From: Anthoceros angustus
Lineage: Eukaryota; Plantae; Anthocerotophyta
Direction: 5' to 3'
DNA length: 64,000 nt
Assembly: GCA_010909165.1 (NCBI GenBank)
Contig: MU008164.1
Location: 682,001 to 746,000, forward strand
The translations under genes and the position numbers were made by a program. Shown here piece by piece: positions 1-13,380 of this stretch (positions are counted from its first letter, which is position 1; every line of letters begins with the position of its first letter). Under the pieces are notes generated by a model. It was given only the letters and a program-made list of their open reading frames with translations. It was not told the DNA's origin and did not search any database.

Positions 1-3000
1 GAGCTGGTGGAGATGGGGAGGACATGACGGAAACTTTATTTCTTACTATGGTGAGCAGAGCACCTTACTTGTTTTCCCACTCTTGTTGTGGTGTGGTCCT
101 GCCACATCTTGACCCAAGTACTGTGATGTCCGAGCAAGGATGGCGAGAGGTGTGTCGGATGGGACGGATGATGGCGAGACCCGATGTGAAGGGCGGACAA
201 TGATCCTAATTTTGTTGAAGCTGCAGGCGGGAAATGGCAAGTCTAAGTTTCTGTCTCCTTCTACCTCTGAAGACGAAGGATCATCATAGTCTGGTTACCA
301 TAGGTAGGACTTAGTAGGCAGGGTTAATTCCTGTACTTGGTGCCTACCGCTATAGCCTCTCAGACAGACTCCTTACTAGATGCTGGACTTGTTTGACGTG
401 TGAAGTGGGTGTAACACCCCCAAAGCCTCTTTGAACTGATGGTGTTTCAGACGAGGTAAAGCTTTGGTAAGTATGTCTGCTGCATTTTGTTCTCTCGGAA
501 TATACTCTAACCTCACTTGCTTAGTCTCTCTGACATGCCTTACAGTGGTGATGCACTTCTATGTGTTTGGTTCGGGCATGAAAGACCGGGTTTTGTGCTA
601 GAGCCAAAGCAGTTATCACAAAAGATGAGTTGGAGTATATCTTGCTCTTGGCCCATCAGCTAGGAGTCGTCGCAACCATATGGCCTCTTTTGCTGCTTGT
701 GTAAGGGCTGAGTACTCTGCTTCGGTGGAGGAAAGAGCATTGTCGCCTCTTTGGCGACCACGTGCCTCCACCTAACAAGAAGGCGTGGCGGAATCTTGAC
801 CTTCTGGTATCTTGATCGGCCGCCCAATCTGCGTCGCAGTAGCCAACCAAGGTAAGTTCTTCTCCATTATATGCTCTCTTTGTATAGTGGATGCCGTGCC
901 TCGTCCCCTTGGATACCTAAGTATTCTGGCTTTCGACTGGGCTCTTCCCGGCTCTTCGGATCGAGAAACCATACTCCGGTAAAGAAACATCCTGACGAGT
1001 ATGATTCGGCGAATATGAGGGAGCCATTGCATATGGGGGGACCTCCATATCAAGCCTCTTGGTCCGTCATGGAGGAAGGCGACAACTTGCATCCGACTTC
1101 AAGGGGTCTTAGCCTCATAACTATTTATGAAGCATGTCATAGATGTACTTTTCACGATGCGGACAAAGTTCCACTGGCAGGATCTCTTTGAAGCTGGGTT
1201 CCCAAACAATAGGAAAGTTCACCCACATCTACCATGTCGAACCTGCCCGACAGCAGACCCTTTACTCGGGTAATCCCTTCCAAGTGTGTGCCTAGTAGAA
1301 TACAATCATCTACATAAAGTGCCAAAATGACAAAACCACCTTTCTCTTGCAGCAGGTAAACATTGGTATCGGCAGAGCTTTTCACGAAACTAACCTATCG
1401 AAACTCATCTATGCACTCATACCAAGCACGAGGGCTCGCTTAAGGCCGTAAATGGTTTTCAGCAGTTTACATACCCACTCCTCACGCAGTAGCTCAAACC
1501 CCTCAGTGTGCATGAAAATCTCCTCCTCTAGTTTCGTGTAGAAAGCGGTTTAAAATCCATGCAGCTGCTACCGCTATGCTACGCCTTGTATTTCAATTTG
1601 AAGACCCACTTTGAGGTCACAATCTTCCTCCCAGTGGGCATAGCTCCCATGTCTTGTTCGTATGAGGGAGTCATATTACATTGTATTCGCTTTCCAATGC
1701 TTGGCATGGTCGAGAGATAGCTTCGATATGTGGTGGTTCATGTCCGGGATTGATGATGATATTCACCATGTCCACCACAACTTCATCGGCGAGACCCATG
1801 TGGCCCGGGTACCTTCCTAAAATCTTCACTGCGATAAGGAGGTTCGCCATGGTCGAGGTCTTCTCGATCGGGTAGAGCACGAGGTAACTGTTGGTGTAAC
1901 ATACTCCCTTTGGATCGTTAACTAGCCAGTCATCAGGAAGATCAGGATATCTTGGAACAGATGCTTGGTGATCGTCCTCATTGTCAATGTGACCACGGCC
2001 GGGTGGAGGAGGATCGGTGGGAAATCGGCGGAGGCGTGTCGATCCTTCATGGAGCTGGTGGGGAGACCGGGATCCGGGTCATCGAGGAACAGGATGTAAT
2101 GGCAATGCGGGATCGGGACCTATATGCCGGATCGGAGGATCGATGTCAGGAAACTAACGATGTCGATGGGATCCTCCCTCGCGGATCAAGGTGCTCAAGT
2201 TCAAGCATGTCTTGGTCAAGAAAATCATCAAAGGAATGAGTGGGAGGCAAAAGGACAAGACGTCGTCAAAGGCTACAGTTCTAGAATGAACGACCTCCTA
2301 GAAAGCAGTTCAAACAATTTATACCCGTGAATGCCCGCAGATACCCAATGAAAATGTGTCTCTTGGACTTGAACGAGAACTTCGACGCTGATCGGGATAT
2401 GAGCATCTGCTTACCAAACACTCTAAGATGAGACAGTCCGGGTTTAATACCTCTCCATAACTCAAAGGGTGTATTGTCACTCGGGGAGGAAATCACGACC
2501 TATTCGAGGTATGTAGCAACTGCAGAGGCGTATAGATAACCTCCTTGGTAGAGTAGTGATCTTGCAAGATCTTGTATGGTCCTATGCGCCTTTCGCACGA
2601 CCATTCATATCGAATGGTATGGGATTGTGAGTCATTCTGGTTATCCCCTCTTGACAATATTCTAAACGCTAGAAAGGTATCCTTTCCTATCTCGATCCGA
2701 TGCATTTAAGCTTATGTCCCTTTGCCTCTCAAAGATAGGCTAAATAGCTGAACCGCCAAACACTTGACTTTTCTCGACGCAGACGCGGATGTGAAGTGGG
2801 ACTTATCATCTTCAAATACAACAAAGTATCGAGCACCTCCCCATGAGCTCACGACATAGGCCCACGAGCAGGGACGAGGTCCAAGGATCAGCCGCCGTGA
2901 TTTCCACTCCCAAAGTGGGACTTGAACTGCTTTTCCATGCACACATGCCACGCACAAGTCAAGGTCGTAATTCACTGAAAAACCGCCTTTCATTTCAGCC

Positions 3001-5036
3001 TCATGGCCTTAATATTAGGATGGATAAGTCTACAATGCCATTTGAAGGCATTGGAAGATTGCCGAGTAACATCTTTTAGCCGGCCTTTGCATTGAGCCGA
3101 GGCAGATCCAAACGAAGTCCATAAGATAGAGATCAAACTGGGGCTTTCCACGAGCTATGGGCAAAGTTGGTGCGGAGAGTCTGGAAATTGTGCATTCAAC
3201 TCCTTCAAAGGTAATCCGATACTGATTTGTCTTCCCAAGCGCCATTGTGCTAACCAAGTTCTTAGCAATTGCTGGAACATGAAGTGCATTCTCCAGCAGC
3301 AGGAAACTACCATCCTGCAGGGTAACCTGAATGGTGCCCGAACCCTTAATTGGTATAGTTGAATTGTCGCCTAACACTACTGTTGTTTGATGACAAGTAG
3401 AAGATGGCACATAAGAGATAAAAGATTTTCTTCTGGAACACATATGATTCGAGGCACCGCTGTCCAGATACCACTTCTGGCAGTCCTTCTTCGAAGAGGT
3501 CAGGCATGCAACCAACAGCCCCGGGGTAGATGACCTTGCATTATGGACTTCAGCATTAATATGCTTTCCTTTAGAGTTGTCATCCTTAATCCTCTTACGA
3601 CAATCTTTAATCCGATTGCAGCTTGCCTTGAGTTACAATTTCCTGGTTTAGATTGAGGAAGAGTTTGTGTTAGGTCGAACCGGAGGACGATGACCTCTAC
3701 CTCTGCCGAAACTTCTCTACCTCTACCTGACCCCTACCTCTCCCAAAACCCCTCTACCTCTATTGGTGTAAAGGGTCTATCACTCTGTTTGTGAAACATA
3801 TGTATGGTAGAACCTCCTTCATTTGTTTTCGATTGGCTTCAAGAAGGGCTCACAACTTTCTCGACTTAGGTTTGATGAGGCAGGAGTAGTGGTATGGCGT
3901 GTATGGATGTTTGATGTCTAAGCTAGAGCTAAAGTGTTCATAGTCGGATGGAAGAGAGAGCACATTGGATTCGCCCTAGATTACGAAATGATCACTCCGC
4001 AGGATGCAAGCTTGGCTCTACAGGCTCGAAACTTGGCTACATGACTCTCAATAGAGTCAGACTCCTTCATGCGTAATGTCTGATATTGCAGGGTTGCAGC
4101 TGCCTCGGCTACCATATCCTTTGAGTCATAGGTTTCAGATAGCAATGACCAGACCTCGTTTGAGGACTGCGTCAATCTTATATGAGGTATCATCTCCTGC
4201 GAGACAGAGGCAACGAGAATGGTACGTGCCTTCCTGTCCTTATACTTCCATTCTAGCTCATCTTTCATCGTCCAGGGTACATAATTTACCTCGTTTGGTG
4301 TACGTGTTCCGTATGGGTACACCCTCTTGATGCAGGACCCATCAGCGACCTCCATAAGGAGCTTTTCCTCTAGGATGCACCGCACCCTGAAACTCCAGGC
4401 ATCAAAATTATTTGGATTCAAACGGTCCTTCTCTTGCAACCTATAAACTCGTGTCGATTAGGAGAGCGACATGATGCCTGCTGGTTAAGAAGCCGATCAA
4501 TTAGGTGTCGTGATCGGTGCCACCTGATCCTTGAGGTGGCAATCGCCTCCTGCCGCCATAGTCATCAGTCGAAATCAGCTTTTCTAGCCTCGCCTGTCAC
4601 GGACGGTATCAATTCTTGATGTGTATTCCAAAAGCTATGCTTTTAATGTTCGTAATTGAATTAAGAATTGCACGATGTTTTGTGAAAGCCTCGGATGTTT
4701 GGGCTTTGTTGATGTGAAGCATCGCGTGTTTTAAATAACCGCTCAGGATCATTTGATGATCATTGCTTGTCGCAGACGTCGAGAATAGAAACGCCAAGAA
4801 ACCGAGCTCTGTCCTCTATATCAGCAGCCGATGCTGCTTTCTTATAGTAGAGTTTCTCAAAATCTGGCTCTGTGTTTTGATGCGACTTCCCTTTCTCAAA
4901 CTCTATCAAAATGCTCAGAAGACTGCTCACAGGTGTCTAGTAACTAGGGTAATGGCAGTCTGCCATTGTAGTTGCTAGCAGGGGGTGGAAAGCAAACTGC
5001 CGATTCATGGCAAAGATCAAACGATCGAGCCACAGG

Positions 5037-5048
5037 GCTCTGATACCA
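5037..5048 (-). promoter_or_regulatory. Primer-binding site (tRNA-Met-i)
   Basis: GCTCTGATACCA is the reverse complement of TGGTATCAGAGC. Confidence 0.9.
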
Positions 5049-5247
5049 TGTTCCGTTTATAGGTTCACAGTAGATCGTAGGACAAGTGTCATCGAAAGCA
5101 ATTGTGTGTATTAGCAAAAGGGAAAAACAAGAGACATATGCATGTCCCGTGAAAACGGTTGCCATAACTAACTAACCTCTAGGGTTTACCCAAGAGTGCC
5201 CTAGGTATATTCAATGTAGTTTTACTAACGATTATAATTATTCAACA
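5049..5247 (-). repeat. 5' LTR (about 199 bp, TG...CA) of the copia element
   Basis: Bounded by TG/CA and directly abuts the PBS on the minus strand. The outer boundary is inferred from the terminal TTCAACA only. Confidence 0.65.
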
Positions 5248-8200
5248 GGATGGGTGACTCGCCAACTCGTGGTTCCAAGGCACTGTGGGATTAGCCAAGT
5301 GGATTTTGTGTTTCGAACCTGGAAGTTGGATCATATGGCGCACCACTCGGTCTTTCTTCATGAGGTGGTTAAAGGTACACAAATCGATTGGGCGGATGAT
5401 CTTTGAAAGAGCCTGAGGAGAGGGCGAATTTGCTCTTCCCTCCCCTCCTTGATTTCACCTTTTCTAATTCATGTATTCGCGATTCCGTGTCTAACGAGTT
5501 GAAGTCGTGGTTCCGCCTTCATAGCCTGGAAACCGGGAACTCAAGGTAGAGGAGGAGGAGTAAGGAAGATTCCGGAAGGATTCCAGCTTGGGAATGCGCC
5601 TCCTAGAAGATCTTGATGAAGGTGGGGAGGTTTCCAAGGGCAAGAAGCGAGGGCGACGAGAACGGGGTCGGCAAGAAGGGAAGGACACAGCAGAAGAGGA
5701 ACCCCACCCACACCTAGGGTCACTGTGTCGAAATCAGCAGAACGCGAGTGAAGAGGAGAAAATAAAAGGGAACGACAAGTTGTTCCCTCTGTGCAGGGGA
5801 GGAGTCGCCGCTAGGAGAGATTGGAGCGGATGAGGAAGTAGTGGCAAACCAACCCCTAGAAGAAGAGGGGTTAGTTTCGATAGCCAAGTCCGCGACGGAG
5901 CTGAACATTTTGGCGACATTTCACCGACCCGTCCTAGGCGGAGAGACACCGTCAAGGCGAGAATTGTTGTGGAGGGGAATGGGCCCAGCCCAATTGAATG
6001 GCTCGACGGCCATGGCTCGACGCAGTGATCTCCTCGACTGTGCAGCCATGGCTCTCACCGGCCGAGTGTGCACAGAAAAGTTGCTCAAGGAGAAGTTGGA
6101 GAGCCCGAAGGCGAGAACAAGGTGGCAGAGGAGCGCAGACGGAATGCGAGGCGGCCCTATGCAAGGCATGTGAGCAAAGGGCCATGTCCACCCAACAGAG
6201 GCCTTAGTGAATCAGTCAAGGGGCGATGCCACAATTGAGGAGCTCAAGATGAGGTCTCATGAGCCTGTGAACAAATGGAAACAATGGCGCCCGAGAAATT
6301 CAAGAAGTCATGAGATACAAGCGAGAGAGAGATGAAGCTAGCCGAGTCAAGAGAGAGGTGGCCAAACCAAGAAGGGCAGAGCCACAAAGAACCGCAGAGT
6401 CAAGCCACCACCGGGGAAACTACCACCACGGTGGCTAAACCGCCACCGCCGCATGAAGGAGGAACCGAGGTGGGGAAGTCACCGATGAGCGCCGCAGTGG
6501 GATACGATCCTCGATTCCGGCAACCGCCTGTGATTGTCCACGGAGGAGAGGTAAGAACCTCATGGCGAAGGCGTATTGTGCTCTGCGTCGGATGAGGATG
6601 CTCATGTCCCCTGCTTCGCCGCATGGTGAGCGGGTGCTCACCTAAATGTGTATGTGGTTGTTGGGACAGAGGGGCGTAAACTATTGGTCGACATCTTGAC
6701 CGCCACCACTGGTTCTTCCGAACGGGAGCGGGGCCTACCCCAAGTGGTGATCGAGGAATGAGCAAGTGAGGCCGTGCGTGGAGGGAGGAGCACACGTGGC
6801 AGTCCAAATGATGAGAGCGGAATAACAGCATAGGGCCTATAGACGCACGACGCCCATGGAAGACGCCAAGAAACCGCAGCAGTCGAGGTGGAGGTTTTGG
6901 GGAGAATCGCCGGATCGAGGCGCAAGGTGAGAGCGAGAGCGACGGAACCCCACCCGCAGTTAGGCATGCGACGCCGCGCTGATTTTAGGGAGCGACATCA
7001 TAGGCCGAGGCTTTTTGGGGTAGGGGATAGGATGTTTTGAGGACCCGTGGAGTCAGAAGTTACTCGAATTGGTAGGAGCGCCGTGGTAGTGGGCCATATT
7101 TTCTAGACACGTAGGAGTGAGTGGAAATCCACAAATGAATGTATAAGAGACCCTTGAGAGTCTCTCAATGCATAAGTGTGAACTTCCGTGTGAAGCTATG
7201 CGCGAGGTTGGTTGAGACGCCCGATCAAGATCAAACTCGCTCGATGCACCGCCTCCACAAGAAGGCCGGAAGATCCTCGGATGGTCGAGAGAGTGGCCAA
7301 GCTCCACGCCTGGGTGACGAAGGACACGCACGCCGAAAAGAGGTAGGAAGGCTGGAAGGTTGAGGCGGATCGCCAAAGGCACCGCCAAGAATCGACCGTG
7401 TTTTCTTCCCGATCTCTTCCCAACTGCCACCGTGTGTTTCATTCCAAGAGGGGTCTGTGGCCTGGAGGGGTCTGTGGTGGCCCAAGGTGGGGTCTGTGGG
7501 GCCCAAGAGGGGTCCGTGGCCCAAGAGGGTGGGGTGGAGTGAGGAGAGGAGAGAAGATTTATTAGAAGGGAAGGTCCCCAAAGGGTGGGTGAGTGCGGCC
7601 GTAAGGGATTGTGTGCGTGGAAAATCGGAAATGGTTAGGAGAGAGTGGTGGAATCGGGAATCGGGCGAGTGAGGCGCCGACTCGAGGTCGTGGTGCATAG
7701 CTCCCGGAAGGATCCGCGGAAATTCGGAAGTGAAGTGAGGGGCATGTATGCGTATGCCCATAACCCAAGGTACGAGAAGCGGTGACAAATAGTCACCCAT
7801 GTATAGGCGGTGGGACCCGCATTGGTTGAACCACCATCATGCGGTGGCCGAGTCTTCCACGGTGGGTTGGGGTATGGAGAGGGGTAGTGATCGACGGGTA
7901 AGTCTAGAATCCATAGTTTTAGAACATCTTGACACAAAACCATTCCCTTGGGATCGAATCCTAGGACTACAACGACATAGAGGGTAAATGTGGCCTCTTT
8001 GCGTCTTCGGATGCAAAAACCCATTCCACAACTCCCCAATCCACAACCCCACACTCGTTCAGCTACCGCCCACTTGGTTGACTCCAAACCTATAGACCAT
8101 CACCCCTACTTATACCAATCCTCTACCTCACATATATAGACCTTCTTGTGGACATCCCAAGTCCATGGGCCAAGGAACATTGAGTTCCCGGACCCTTTAT

Positions 8201-8809
8201 TATCTAATCTAATAAAACAACAAAAAATCATAGGCCAAGGACGTTTCTTTTATAAATACCTTTGCCTACTGTCAACCTGACTTATTTTCACACCACACTT
8301 GACCCAAAAACAAAAAAAAACTACTTCAAGCACATTTCAACAGGGGGTTTCCGAGTCTAAAGCGTTTACACTTGCTCCTCCCTTCCAGTACTGCTTCCTC
8401 ACCACCTTCTGCGCAATTGCAGTGCTTCCCGGTGTTGCGCTGGTGCAGAGGCTGCACATTGCTGCGCGGGAGGGTCATGGCGCTGTGCACCTAGCGGGTT
8501 TGTTGCGGCTTGGCGACACTGACCCAGCCTTGCGGTGTTCCTTTCACTTCACCGCATCGGCATGGTGTAGCCTTCCTGCACCTCGGGAGGGTGCGAGCGG
8601 GTGCACCCAGCCCTGCATCTGTGCGGCTTTGCGGGTACACAGCGACCTATGGGGGCAAGGTGGCAGTTGGACTGCGGCCGTCACCTTGGTGCCGCCATCC
8701 ACCTCCTCTGTCGCTTGCTGCTACATGCCAGGAGCATCCCCCACGCACAGCGCGTGTGCGGCGGGTTGTGCCGAGGGTTACTGCTCCTCACCGGTGCTAC
8801 TGCCCCCGG

Positions 8810-9964
8810 TGTGATTGCGCTTGCAACAACAAGACCAGAGGTAGGTCCTTCGCACCCAACGTTGGGAAGGGAAGAGAGAGCTCCGGAGCAGAACACAGAA
8901 GGGGAACTCCCGAAGGCGAGGCTAGGGGACCTAGTGCAGGAGGAGATGAGGCAAGGGAATGAAGGCGGGGGTTCGGTAAGAGAAGACGGACCCTTGGGGG
9001 AAACTTCGAACTTGGACGTCCGGAGATCAGAGAGGACGGACCCCGAGGTCCGGACTCAGGAGGTGAGGACGGACCCCGAGGTCCGAACTTAGGGGGTGAG
9101 GACGGACCCCGAGGTCCGACCTCAGGAGGGGGGAGCAAGTCCAGTAGCTCTAACCCGGGGAGTGGAAGTAGGGGTGGTTGAGAGTCAGTCTCAACCCACC
9201 TAGGAAGAACGGGCTCCGGACGGACCCGCAGAGCAGGGACCCACCAGCGCGCCAATGGACAGTGAGGAGGAAGACTTGGTGGTCACCGCCAGCTCTACAT
9301 GCCCTCTCGGAGTCTAGCTACTCGCGTCCGCTCCGGCCCGTCGGTCGTCGTACCTCTGTCCGGGAGGAGCAGGGGTCCGGAGTCCTCCGCACCTGTACAC
9401 ACACCACCACGCATTAGGGTCCGTCACTAGGATCTGGATCAGTCTCTTTGGAGTAGTCTTGCCCACTCAGTGACTCGGGACTCGCGTTATCAAGGGACAC
9501 ACAAGGACCTGCAAAGATAACGTGGTATCAACCCTAAAAGAAAGATCCCTTTACTTGAGTGGCAATCGCCCTCTTATACTACGTCCTGAGGGAGCGCATT
9601 TACAACACCCCTAATTCAAGCTAGTGTCCAGCTCACTATGCCTCAGCAAGTGGCTCTCCTTCCCCCTATTTTCTCTACCTACGTCTACGGCGGTGGGGTT
9701 CCTTGAGACCTAGGCCTCGGATGGACTCGGGCGGGGTCCCCATGAGAGCGCGCGCTTAAATAGAGCTTATGGCTGTCGTTGACCATGGTTCCTCCCTGGC
9801 GCTGGCAGCCCAATCCCCAGCTTTGGCATCTGCGGAGCACCCAATCGGATGATCCGCGACCCCCGGATTCCCGCGGAGGCTCTTCCCCCACCTCTAATTT
9901 TGTCAGGCTGTGCCCTGGAGGTAGATAGCGGAGACACAGTGGGCCCGGAGGTGCAGCCTACACA
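8810..9964. mobile_element. Possible solo LTR or LTR remnant
   Basis: Non-coding block bounded by TGTG...CACA, with an internal 33-bp tandem repeat and a TATA-like TTAAATAG. No TSD found. Confidence 0.3.
9032..9130 (+). repeat. 33-bp tandem repeat x3 (GAGGACGGACCCCGAGGTCCG...)
   Basis: Units start at 9032, 9065 and 9098. Confidence 0.9.
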
Positions 9965-11219
9965 AGCCCGATCGTGAACTCAACTGGCATATTGAGTGCA
10001 AGTAAGAACGGTAGGGGAAACTAAGTGAGGGAGGGGGTAAGTGAAGATAGGTAGATTTCGGACGCGAACGTTTCCTTTAACATTTGGCCATCCCGGGCCT
10101 GTACAGTGAACGAATGGAGTGACGTAGAGAAGGGTAGGCTAACCATAGCCCGGGGAGGAAACGAACGCGTTGAGGTGGGTAACCTCAGGTAAGCCATCGT
10201 CCCTTAACGGCGTAGAGTGTGTGGCCACGAACGTGTATAAACGAAACAAGACATTCCCTTGGGAACGGACCCCATATTGCAACGACACGGGACTCGTGCG
10301 TGCCCGGCTGGCCGTCAGCAAAAGTAGCGCCACAAGCTCGCAATGCGTCTGCAGTGCAACCACTGTTGCACTGGAGACAATCTGCAAGCATGGTGACCAA
10401 AGGCAGCCTCCCATGGCCGTATGAGCTTGCAGCCACGAATCCGCAACACGGAAACAAGCACCGCAACATGGTGGTGTGCATCACTGCCCGCGACCGCGAT
10501 AACCACCGTTCCGTCATGTGCAGCCTTCCATTGAAGGCTGCAGCCATGGCCATGATGGAGGGATAGGGAGCATAGGCCCCTTCTTGCACACACAGCATGT
10601 GAAAGCCCCCTTTCTGTGTGGGGAAGCCCCAAGTTGTTTGCACACAATTTGAAGGGGCACGAAGTGCTCACCAGGATTTTGAAGAGGGAGCTGGCCGTGG
10701 AAGAGGTGCAACTGGCAATTGAACTGGGAGGTAACCGCAGGGGCTGCAATTTCCATTGAAGCCGACGGACTGCAGTGTGTGCAGTGTTTAGCCCACGCCG
10801 TACCTGTCACCCAGAAGCAAGCTTGATGAATGACACTAGGGCTGCAGTCGCAATCCACACTGCAGGCCCGACCACAAGGCAACCATACGACCACCTAGCA
10901 CGCTAGTGGTGTGCGAGGTGTGCAGGCCAACGAGGCTGCTGCTTGGCCATCCACAGGGCAAACCCGCAATTGTGAAGGATGCCGATGGCAGCGGTGGGTG
11001 GCTCACCCCAGTGGCAGGCGGAAGAAGGGTGGCTTGGGGGCCTGCATGGGCCGTACGAGCAGGACTGGACCAATGGCGACAAAGGGCTGTAGGAAGACTA
11101 GTGGATGCACTCCGCAGAGGGGTTGGAGGAGGGGGAAGAGGCGCTGCAAGCGGGAGATGAGCAGCATGAAGGCGAGGAGGATGGGCTGCATGGGAGAGGA
11201 GGCTTCTAGTCCACGGCAC

Positions 11220-12423
11220 TCACGCCGGAAGCGGTGTACGGGCTGGCGGTGCAGCACTTGCAATTAGGGCGGCCACTGAAAGAGCTGCCAGTGGAGCTTG
11301 GTTGCAGCTTGAGCACGGTGACGAGGCTCCCGCAATGGCTCTCGGCATCGTGCGGTGTGTATGGGAGGCTGTCCGTGGTGGAGGTGTGCACGCTGATCGC
11401 AACGCATATGCCCATCACGGGCACGGCGTCAACGCTGGAATACGCTTTGTGTAGGCAGATCTGCAAGTGGATGGAATCGACATCCTAAGGAGAAAGGTGA
11501 CGGAGGCACTGTGCTTGATGTAGCCGGAGGACATGGCCCGCCGCTCGACGGTCCGCATCTGCCACGTGCAGTACACCAATGCAACGCCCATGTTCATGTG
11601 GCACACAGATTGTGAGTGGTTGCAGCAGTTTGCAGCTGTGTGTGATGTTTGCAAGATTGCAATGGGAGCGATTGCTCCAGTAGTCACCGCAATGGATGTG
11701 GTTGGTTTGTCTGTAGCCTATGACAAGCTATACCAATTCTACTTCAGAGTCCATGGGGCAATAGATGGGGCCACCCATTACGTCCCATGGTTGGTGCTGG
11801 AAGATAACAAGCAGGGGACAACCAGTTTTAATGCCTGTGTGAATGCAGTGAGGAGGTTTGGCCATCCACAGCGAATTCGGTCATACCATGCAGCAGAGCA
11901 CAACCTGATATAGGCGGACATGAACCGTACGAGGCCAAGGGCACATGGCAGCAACTTCATCCTACATCAAGCAGACAGAACAAACGGCAAGATTTATGTC
12001 AGGAATCTTTACATGAGCATTCTAAGCTGGACGCAGCGGCTAGGCCGCAGAGGATTGAGCATTTTTGGCTGTCATTGGGGGAGAAGTGGGCGTTCGTGTA
12101 CAAGGGTGTATATGATGGATTTGGTGAGGAGTAGGGAATTGGATATGACTAATCCTTGGCATATCCATTCCCTGCATGTCACCTTCATGCCCACGATGAG
12201 GGTAGAGCTTGAACATTGGAGGCAGGTGTGGAACAGGCACAACGTGCGTAGGATAAGGGCTGCGGACTGGGACATCCCCGGCCATGTGCCTGCAATAGCG
12301 TTCCAGGAAGAGGCTCGGCTACAAGGGTGGGTGCAGCCACCCGCATATGGGACTGAGGAGGATGATGGCGAGGAGTTCGATGTGGGTGGCCCTCAGTATG
12401 CACAGAACGTAGCCCACCGCTAG
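11220..12423 (+). pseudogene. IS3EU-type (eukaryotic IS3-like / integrase-core) DDE transposase pseudogene with a spliceosomal intron
   Basis: N-terminal HTH-like ELGCSLSTVTR. Removing the GTGAGT...TGTAG intron 11612-11716 gives WHTDSYDKL, followed by HGAIDG, RFGHPQRIRSYH, QRIEHFW and WRQVWNRHNVR. These match the WHIDGxxKL / HGxIDG / PxRVRSD / QRIERxW / WNxH motif series of this family. In-frame stops at 11486, 11521 and 11911; the second catalytic D is changed to Y. Confidence 0.75.
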
Positions 12424-13380
12424 GCGTGATTGAGTTGTTGTCCGGGGTGAGTCCTCAGTTGCAGCCCACATATCTTTCTATGTGTGGGTTGCAGCTGTTT
12501 TTGGTAATGTAAGGTTCCATCCCCTGAGCATTGCAGCTGCAGGAAACTCAAATGCGTGTGGCACTGCTGTGGGCTGTGCATGAACTGCATGTCGCGAGGG
12601 ACAAGGGCTTGGAGAGCATGGACGTCCTCCCCGATATGTACCGCCTGCATCTGGTGTTGACGACATTGTGCCAGGAGTGCAGGAGTAGGGGGGAGGCACT
12701 GCCCGAGTACCTGCAGCAGTAGACGCAGGCTGAAGCCACATAGTGGGTGTGGACAGGGATCAACTTGCTCCGTTATGTGGTGCAGTAGGCCCTTTGAACT
12801 TTTCACTTATGCATTGCAGGCCTTTTTGAGTGCCTTGTATATGTGTGATTGTTTTCATGGAAGCCCTTCTTGTATTGGTCCTTGTAGTACAAGCTTGTTT
12901 GATGCCAGTGCTATGTGAACCGCACCCCATAGCCAGCGATGTCGTTACTGACCATGTGTGATGCCAAACTAAACCTACAGTTCAAAGAGCGACTCGCCAA
13001 TAAAATGACAAACCTGGTTTGTGGGGCAGGAGCCTAGAAAATCTGCAGTTAAACTGCAAATGCGACCTCCGCGAGAGGTATAAATGTGCAGCTCATGCGC
13101 AGTGAAATCCCTACACCAGCATAATTGTCACCAAACCCAGTGAGCCACCCGGAAAATTGAGGAAAAAATGTGGCTCAAAAGAGAGTGAGCAGAGTCGGCA
13201 GACGTCACATCAAGGCGTCACATATGGCAGATGTATTCCGATGGAGACCCCACCGGAAGAATCGAGGCAAAAGAAAGAAAGAAATGCCCGCCTTGCAGCC
13301 ATCATTCCTTGCCTAGATCGAAGAACCAATCCTTACAGACGACTTGCGACCACGACACACGATATCTGCGGATATGTAGA

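Larger units (their letters stand above)
430..5247 (-). mobile_element. Degenerate Ty1/copia LTR retrotransposon (5' LTR, PBS, gag-PR-INT-RT-RH remnants); matching 3' LTR not in window
   Basis: Minus-strand remnants in copia order: gag (3981-4439, DRLNPNNFDAWSFRVRCILEEK), protease (WYLDSGASNHMC, 3030-3515), integrase (CVACVHGK...GGARYFVVFEDDKS), RT (LALYVDDCILLG, 1152-1385), RNase H (GYCDADWAADQDTRRS, 656-850). Many frameshifts. Confidence 0.93.

Noticed and set aside
410-430. TGTAACA next to a G-rich tract as 3' LTR/PPT of the left copia
   Set aside because: The sequence to the left does not match the 5' LTR at 5049-5247.
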